From Trypanosoma brucei (taxonomy: Eukaryota): a stretch of DNA of 64,000 bases. Positions 22,401-31,400 of this stretch are shown one piece after another; within the stretch, counting starts at the first letter, position 1, and every line of letters starts with the position of its first letter. The position numbers were made by a program, and so were the translations under genes. The notes below the pieces were generated by a model. The model worked only from the letters and a program-made list of their open reading frames with translations. It made no database searches and was not told where the DNA came from. Location of the stretch: assembly GCA_000002445.1 (NCBI GenBank), contig CP000068.1:352001-416000 (forward strand). The letters are read 5' to 3'.

Positions 22401-25400
22401 GTTGGAGCAGCGCGTTTCGGAGACTAATGCCACTGTGGAGGAACAGGCTGCTTGCATCCGTGCGCTGAGTGAGCAAATTGCTGCCGCCGACGCCTACTTG
22501 CGAGACGCGGAGGGCGAGTGTGGTTCACTGGCTGGGTTGCTTGGTCTCTCCCCAGCAGAAGATGGTGGCGACCTCGGGACTGGTAGTGCTGGTTTGTCAT
22601 TGTCGAATGGCGCGCTACGCATAGCGGAGAGACTGCGGTTGGCGTGCAGTGCGGTACACGACCTGGAGCAAGAACTGAAGGCCAGTGGGGAGCGTGAGCG
22701 TGCCTCTATAGAGGAATGTGATCGATTACGTAATGAACTACAGAAGCTGGAGTCGCAGCGTTCTGATCTGGAGGAGAGTCTGAATGCAGCCGAGGCGTTG
22801 GAGTGTGCGTTACGGCGCCAGCTACACGAGTCCCTAGAGGAGGTACGCAGTGCTGAGAATGCATTGAGTGCTGCGGAGCAGGCGTTGCGTTGCATACCGA
22901 GTGGGATGGATCAGTATGCACGGGATGCCGATGGCGGTTCTGTTTCTAATGATGATAGCCGTGAACTGCCGACACTTGCGCTGCCAGCGCGCATTGAGGG
23001 CGTGACCCGTCAGGCATGCGAATTCCGCGATGAGATGTACAAACGACACCAGGAGCTGTTGGACTTGGTTGCTAGAGGCGTGTGCAACGAGGATGCTCTT
23101 GCCCGTGTGCGTGAGCTGCGTTGTGCGAAGGAGGCTGTGGAGACGGAGCTGCAGGATACGCTAAGGGAAGCTGAGAAGCGGCTGTGTGTGGTGACCGCGT
23201 GTGAGGGTGTGCTTGGCGAGACTTTGTGCAGTGACGTTGTTGAGCAGCGCCAGGCAGAGCTGCTGTGCGCCCTGCGTGCAGACGTTGCAGAGGCTTGCGG
23301 TGTTTCGGGTAGTCATGTGATTGATGCTACGATAGCTGATGATGGTTCGAATGTGACTTTTCGTGTGGCTCACCCATACTGTGTCCCCGCAGCGGCTGTG
23401 CTGGCAAGGGTAGATTCATGCGCTTTCGACCGCGTACGGCGCGTCAACAAGTGGTCTTGTGGTGACTCTGAGGCGGTGTCCTTTGCCGAAGAAGATGAGG
23501 CGGAGCGTGAGTTTGTTGCAGTTGGGACCCCCGCTGGGGAGGCATTTTTGGCTCGGATAACCGAGTTGAGTGGGCGTTTCGCCTCTGTGAACGGTGAGCT
23601 GCGTGCAGCAGAGGACGCGCTTGCGGAGCGACCCGCTGTTGTGGTGTGTGGGTTGGAGCAGCGCGTTTCGGAGACTAATGCCACTGTGGAGGAACAGGCT
23701 GCTTGCATCCGTGCGCTGAGTGAGCAAATTGCTGCCGCCGACGCCTACTTGCGAGATGCGGAGGGCGAGTGTGGTTCACTGGCTGGGTTGCTTGGTCTCT
23801 CCCCAGCAGAAGATGGTGGCGACCTCGGGACTGGTAGTGGTGGTTTGTCATTGTCGAATGGCGCGCTACGCATAGCGGAGAGACTGCGGTTGGCGTGCAG
23901 TGCGGTACACGACCTGGAGCAAGAACTGAAGGCCAGTGGGGAGCGTGAGCGTGCCTCTATAGAGGAATGTGATCGATTACGTAATGAACTACAGAAGCTG
24001 GAGTCGCAGCGTTCTGATCTGGAGGAGAGTCTGAATGCAGCCGAGGCGTTGGAGTGTGCGTTACGGCGCCAGCTACACGAGTCCCTAGAGGAGGTACGCA
24101 GTGCTGAGAATGCATTGAGTGCTGCGGAGCAGGCGTTGCGTTGCATACCGAGTGGGATGGATCAGTACGCACGGGATGCCGATGGCGGTTCTGTTTCTAA
24201 TGATGATAGCCGTGAACTGCCGACACTTGCGCTGCCAGCGCGCATTGAGGGCGTGACCCGTCAGGCATGCGAATTCCGCGATGAGATGTACAAACGACAC
24301 CAGGAGCTGTTGGACTTGGTTGCTAGAGGCGTGTGCAACGAGGATGCTCTTGCCCGTGTGCGTGAGCTGCGTTGTGCGAAGGAGGCTGTGGAGACGGAGC
24401 TGCAGGATACGCTAAGGGAAGCTGAGAAGCGGCTGTGTGTGGTGACCGCGTGTGAGGGTGTGCTTGGCGAGACTTTGTGCAGTGACGTTGTTGAGCAGCG
24501 CCAGGCAGAGCTGCTGTGCGCCCTGCGTGCAGACGTTGCAGAGGCCTGCGGTGTTTCGGGTAGTCATGTGATTGATGCTACGATAGCTGATGATGGTTCG
24601 AATGTGACTTTTCGTGTGGCTCACCCATACTGTGTCCCCGCAGCGGCTGTGCTGGCAAGGGTAGATTCATGCGCTTTCGACCGCGTACGGCGCGTCAACA
24701 AGTGGTCTTGTGGTGACTCTGAGGCGGTGTCCTTTGCCGAAGAAGATGAGGCGGAGCGTGAGTTTGTTGCAGTTGGGACCCCCGCTGGGGAGGCATTTTT
24801 GGCTCGGATAACCGAGTTGAGTGGGCGTTTCGCCTCTGTGAACGGTGAGCTGCGTGCAGCAGAGGACGCGCTTGCGGAGCGACCCGCTGTTGTGGTGTGT
24901 GGGTTGGAGCAGCGCGTTTCGGAGACTAATGCCACTGTGGAGGAACAGGCTGCTTGCATCCGTGCGCTGAGTGAGCAAATTGCTGCCGCCGACGCCTACT
25001 TGCGAGATGCGGAGGGCGAGTGTGGTTCACTGGCTGGGTTGCTTGGTCTCTCCCCAGCAGAAGATGGTGGCGACCTCGGGACTGGTAGTGCTGGTTTGTC
25101 ATTGTCGAATGGCGCGCTACGCATAGCGGAGAGACTGCGGTTGGCGTGCAGTGCGGTACACGACCTGGAGCAAGAACTGAAGGCCAGTGGGGAGCGTGAG
25201 CGTGCCTCTATAGAGGAATGTGATCGATTACGTAATGAACTACAGAAGCTGGAGTCGCAGCGTTCTGATCTGGAGGAGAGTCTGAATGCAGCCGAGGCGT
25301 TGGAGTGTGCGTTACGGCGCCAGCTACACGAGTCCCTAGAGGAGGTACGCAGTGCTGAGAATGCATTGAGTGCTGCGGAGCAGGCGTTGCGTTGCATACC

Positions 25401-28400
25401 GAGTGGGATGGATCAGTACGCACGGGATGCCGATGGCGGTTCTGTTTCTAATGATGATAGCCGTGAACTGCCGACACTTGCGCTGCCAGCGCGCATTGAG
25501 GGCGTGACCCGTCAGGCATGCGAATTCCGCGATGAGATGTACAAACGACACCAGGAGCTGTTGGACTTGGTTGCTAGAGGCGTGTGCAACGAGGATGCTC
25601 TTGCCCGTGTGCGTGAGCTGCGTTGTGCGAAGGAGGCTGTGGAGACGGAGCTGCAGGATACGCTAAGGGAAGCTGAGAAGCGGCTGTGTGTGGTGACCGC
25701 GTGTGAGGGTGTGCTTGGCGAGACTTTGTGCAGTGACGTTGTTGAGCAGCGCCAGGCAGAGCTGCTGTGCGCCCTGCGTGCAGACGTTGCAGAGGCCTGC
25801 GGTGTTTCGGGTAGTCATGTGATTGATGCTACGATAGCTGATGATGGTTCGAATGTGACTTTTCGTGTGGCTCACCCATACTGTGTCCCCGCAGCGGCTG
25901 TGCTGGCAAGGGTAGATTCATGCGCTTTCGACCGCGTACGGCGCGTCAACAAGTGGTCTTGTGGTGACTCTGAGGCGGTGTCCTTTGCCGAAGAAGATGA
26001 GGCGGAGCGTGAGTTTGTTGCAGTTGGGACCCCCGCTGGGGAGGCATTTTTGGCTCGGATAACCGAGTTGAGTGGGCGTTTCGCCTCTGTGAACGGTGAG
26101 CTGCGTGCAGCAGAGGACGCGCTTGCGGAGCGACCCGCTGTTGTGGTGTGTGGGTTGGAGCAGCGCGTTTCGGAGACTAATGCCACTGTGGAGGAACAGG
26201 CTGCTTGCATCCGTGCGCTGAGTGAGCAAATTGCTGCCGCCGACGCCTACTTGCGAGATGCGGAGGGCGAGTGTGGTTCACTGGCTGGGTTGCTTGGTCT
26301 CTCCCCAGCAGAAGATGGTGGCGACCTCGGGACTGGTAGTGCTGGTTTGTCATTGTCGAATGGCGCGCTACGCATAGCGGAGAGACTGCGGTTGGCGTGC
26401 AGTGCGGTACACGACCTGGAGCAAGAACTGAAGGCCAGTGGGGAGCGTGAGCGTGCCTCTATAGAGGAATGTGATCGATTACGTAATGAACTACAGAAGC
26501 TGGAGTCGCAGCGTTCTGATCTGGAGGAGAGTCTGAATGCAGCCGAGGCGTTGGAGTGTGCGTTACGGCGCCAGCTACACGAGTCCCTAGAGGAGGTACG
26601 CAGTGCTGAGAATGCATTGAGTGCTGCGGAGCAGGCGTTGCGTTGCATACCGAGTGGGATGGATCAGTACGCACGGGATGCCGATGGCGGTTCTGTTTCT
26701 AATGATGATAGCCGTGAACTGCCGACACTTGCGCTGCCAGCGCGCATTGAGGGCGTGACCCGTCAGGCATGCGAATTCCGCGGTGAGATGTACAAACGAC
26801 ACCAGGAGCTGTTGGACTTGGTTGCTAGAGGCGTGTGCAACGAGGATGCTCTTGCCCGTGTGCGTGAGCTGCGTTGTGCGAAGGAGGCTGTGGAGACGGA
26901 GCTGCAGGATACGCTAAGGGAAGCTGAGAAGCGGCTGTGTGTGGTGACCGCGTGTGAGGGTGTGCTTGGCGAGACTTTGTGCAGTGACGTTGTTGAGCAG
27001 CGCCAGGCAGAGCTGCTGTGCGCCCTGCGTGCAGACGTTGCAGAGGCCTGCGGTGTTTCGGGTAGTCATGTGATTGATGCTACGATAGCTGATGATGGTT
27101 CGAATGTGACTTTTCGTGTGGCTCACCCATACTGTGTCCCCGCAGCGGCTGTGCTGGCAAGGGTAGATTCATGCGCTTTCGACCGCGTACGGCGCGTCAA
27201 CAAGTGGTCTTGTGGTGACTCTGAGGCGGTGTCCTTTGCCGAAGAAGATGAGGCGGAGCGTGAGTTTGTTGCAGTTGGGACCCCCGCTGGGGAGGCATTT
27301 TTGGCTCGGATAACCGAGTTGAGTGGGCGTTTCGCCTCTGTGAACGGTGAGCTGCGTGCAGCAGAGGACGCGCTTGCGGAGCGACCCGCTGTTGTGGTGT
27401 GTGGGTTGGAGCAGCGCGTTTCGGAGACTAATGCCACTGTGGAGGAACAGGCTGCTTGCATCCGTGCGCTGAGTGAGCAAATTGCTGCCGCCGACGCCTA
27501 CTTGCGAGACGCGGAGGGCGAGTGTGGTTCACTGGCTGGGTTGCTTGGTCTCTCCCCAGCAGAAGATGGTGGCGACCTCGGGACTGGTAGTGCTGGTTTG
27601 TCATTGTCGAATGGCGCGCTACGCATAGCGGAGAGACTGCGGTTGGCGTGCAGTGCGGTACACGACCTGGAGCAAGAACTGAAGGCCAGTGGGGAGCGTG
27701 AGCGTGCCTCTATAGAGGAATGTGATCGATTACGTAATGAACTACAGAAGCTGGAGTCGCAGCGTTCTGATCTGGAGGAGAGTCTGAATGCAGCCGAGAT
27801 ACCGGAACAGATTTTGAGGGGTCATGTTGATTCTTTTTTGTGTCGTGTTTTTACGTCGTTGAAGTGTTTGCGTGATGTTGTTGCTGGTTTTGCTGTGTTT
27901 ATGTGTTCTGATGTTGATGTTGATGGGAGCCCGTTTCTTTCTTTTGGTCAGGAGGGAACATTGGAGAAGAATATTGATTTGTCGCTGTATCGTTTAGAAT
28001 TACTTGTTCCAACTATTGATGTTTTATGTCGTGGGCTTGTTGGGTTGTGTCGTTTTTATGAGGCTGATCGTTTGTCACTGATGAATGGATTGACTGGTCT
28101 TGGGGTAGAGCCGGGTGGTCTGGTATTGAATTCGGTTATTCCTTGCGCTGATGCTCGACGTTCTTTGAGTGGCACTCTTGTTGATATTGTTTCTGCTGCT
28201 GGCGATATATCCGTTGTAGGTGATTTCGGAGGTAATGATAACTCTGTTGCAGAAGGTGGAACTAAATCGTTGTTGCAGGCGGTCGGGGTTTGGCAGACTT
28301 CCGTTGAGGAGTTTTCTGCTGAGGAGCAGTGTTCTTATTCAAAAGTTGTTGCGGGTATTGTTGGAGGTTTTCGAGATGAGGGGATAGCTGCCCGTCGCGC

Positions 28401-31400
28401 CCTGGTTAATGTGCGTAAGGCGCTTGAAGGTAAGGTGCCCTGTAGGGATGATGTTATCGATGGTAATGTTGTTGCCTCTCAAGGAAGTGATTTGGAGACC
28501 AGTGAAGGAAGGGAGGTTGTACGCCTGATTGCAGAGCAGAGGAAGTCGGTTTTATTTGCTTTGACCTCTTTGTTGTCATCCGTGTCGGCCGACGGAGTTG
28601 AAAGGGCTATGAGATTAAGTAAGAATGTTCCCTTCAGTGATTTAGTGTTGTTGTTGCGCCACGAGTGCGTAAACGTTTCCAAAGCGTTTATGTCACTTAA
28701 TGCAATTGTCCAGGAGGGTAGCAACATTGCAATTGTTACCTCTGGGGAAAGTGGTGAGAGTAGCCAGCCGGGGTCGTCAGTGACCGGGTTTACTGAGGTG
28801 AAAGGTGATAACGTGGTGCCATCGAAGACGTCTGCCGCCATTGAAAACGTCTCGTCACCAGACCTCGCCCCTTCACAGTCAGCCGGGGGAGAGGGCGGAA
28901 AACTTCACACGGGAAAGGGACCCGCTTCCGCATCTGATTCTGCTATGGATTCTACCGTTGCTTCCGCCGGGATATGTGCGGTTGATGGGATGCCGTCGCA
29001 CTCAACCTCACTGTCTCGGTGCCCTAGTGTCGCTGCTGAAGACACGGATGAGAGGGCCGACTTGCTGTTTTCCCTTAGAGACTTCGTTGAGGCCGAAGAA
29101 GCTTCTGGGAAGCCGCTCGCAATCGTTCAACAGGTGCGTGAGCACATTCATGCCCGTACCGAGGAGCTTCAGCAGCTTCGTACTGCTGCAGTAAAGAGTG
29201 TGGAGACGCTCAGTGGTGATCCACTTCCAGCCGGTGCTAAGCCTTATGATGTAGCCGGCGCACTACTAGCAGCTGTGAAGACAACGAGCGACTCTATTGG
29301 TGGCGTCCACGCATTGCTGTCCGGTGTCACTTTGGAGGAAGCTCCAGCCCAAGCGACACGTTCACTTAAACCGAAGGCGAAACCTCAACCGGTAGGTCGT
29401 TGCAACTCCTCGATAGTGCTTTCGCTAAAGCGTGCCGTCTTGCTGAATCCTCGCCTTGCGCAGGCCGGTGGGAGGAGGTCCCGTGAAAGCGTGCAAATGG
29501 GGTTAAGCACGGCTTCTCGCTCTGCTGGAAACCGCAGTTCGGTGTCGGGAAATTCAAGTTCAGGAGGGGGAGGCGCATCCGTCGGCCCGCAGAAGCTACA
29601 TGAACTCATCAAAGCTATCGAGAGCAAGCTAAAGATTGTCCAACATACAAGGGACACATGCAGTGTTTGTCTGTATCTTTTGGGCGACAAAGAGGGAGGG
29701 AACGTCCCTGCTGAGGAACTGCCGACTCGCCTCTTGCTGCAAGCACAGGACTTATTCTCCGGACTGACGCAAATACAGAACTTGGATTTAGGTGACGAAG
29801 ACGATGAGCCCAACGCCGATGACAAGTCAAGCGAGGGGAATTCTTTGGTTGGCAAGCCGTCTTGGATAACCTCAAGGCTGCTGAAAGTTGCTAAGGTCTT
29901 TAGGTCGCTTCAGTATATCAACGAGTCTATGAAACAAAGGGAGGCTGTCGCTGAAAAGCAGAGAAGCTTCTTGCTACTGGATGTAAATGAATTACGGAAC
30001 ACCCATGCGGAAGAAAAGCGGCGGCTTCAAGATATGCTGGAGGGTGCGAAGGTGCAGCTGCGGGAGCGCGACCTTAATATCAAAGACATGCAGCAGCAGA
30101 ATGCTATTTTGCGGGCGGATTACGACAAAGCCTGCGCGGAAAGTAAGCATATGACTCTAGAGTTGAATGATATGCGCGGAACGCTGGATGATCTTCAGCA
30201 TTGGTTGGAGGGCGTAGAAATGGCCGCTGGGGTTGTGCGCAGGTCATCAGCTGCTGTCTGGGGACAGATTTGTAGCGTTGAGCAGAAGTTGACAGAAAGA
30301 TTATCCGCATTTATTCCTACAGATCACGGGCGCTATAGGCGAACGAGTAAAACTAACGTAGAAGAGAAAATGGAGGTGTCGCTAACCGCAAGAGAAACCG
30401 GGGGGGAAGTGGAGTTGGTACCTGTTTCGGGTGGAAAGCTAGTGGTACAGCTGGTTGAGGATAGCGCTAGCTGCTTGAGACAATGTGAGGAGTCTCTTCA
30501 ACTGTTGGAGCGTCCTCTTATTCTCGTGCCTGCCTTGAGTGAATGGATAAAGCAACAATACTTGTCTCTAAAAGACAATGTATCACACGCTGAGGAGGAG
30601 GTTCGCTCAATCCTGCGCAGTTGCTACCGGAGTGCGGCCGATCTGCTATATGATAAACTCCGTGCCGTGCAGCGTCACAGGGAGGCGGAGCTTGAACTTG
30701 ATGCGTCCCATGCACGCTGGCAAGGGCGGTTGCGGGATATTGAGGCAGCTCACAAGGAACACACTGCTGTACTGAACCGCCGGCTGGCAACAATGTGGGA
30801 CTTGACTACTCAACAAGATGTGCTGCGCGCCGAGACGGCCAGATGGCAGGCCTGTGCGGAGGCGGCGGCAGAGGAAACGGAGCGCTTGCGAGTGTTGCTT
30901 CGTGCCGCTGAGTCCAGAGAGGTGCCCCAGCCTACTGAGGTTGTTAAAATAATAGAAGTTGAGCCACCTAGAGCACCAAAGCCATCTACAAGGGAGGTTT
31001 CTATTATGACAGATTTACTCATTGTTGAGGAGCCTGCTGTACCCGATTACGATGAGGCAACTGATGTGTTGAAGATACGGGCAGAGCTTTCAGATGCTTT
31101 GGAATATGCCAAGCATCAGGCGGATGACGCTGCGCGCTGTCGCTCTTTGATGCAGGAGCAACTCCACTTGTTGGATGGTGGTCAGGGGGCGGTTGTGGAT
31201 CCGTCACTTTCGCTGGGAAAGTTGATTGAAACACATAAGAAGCGCCTCCTGATGCACGTGGATGAGCGTAGGAAACTTCTTGAAGCTTGGCAGACTGCGC
31301 AGCACAACATTTCCCGGCTAAAACAGGAAATCGATGAAAGGGAGCGACAACGCAAGAAGGAAACACGAGAACTGGAGACACAAATTAAGGAACTACGGGT

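Noticed and set aside
14988-27480. About 60 minus-strand ORFs of 70-133 aa recurring every 1251 bp (for example MQRNACSAALNAFSALRTSS…, MSHTKSHIRTIISYRS…, MQAACSSTVALVSETR…)
   Set aside because: They are the antisense frames of the tandem repeat inside the giant + strand CDS. They repeat only because the array repeats. They are short and Ser/Ala/Arg-rich, as expected for the antisense of GC-rich coiled-coil codons. Every neighbouring real gene is on the + strand.
14925-27798. The regular 1251-bp periodic array as a CRISPR-like or satellite element
   Set aside because: It is an in-frame protein-coding repeat (period divisible by 3, one long ORF, codon-position-specific variation) in a eukaryotic genome. 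It is not a spacer/repeat array or a non-coding satellite.
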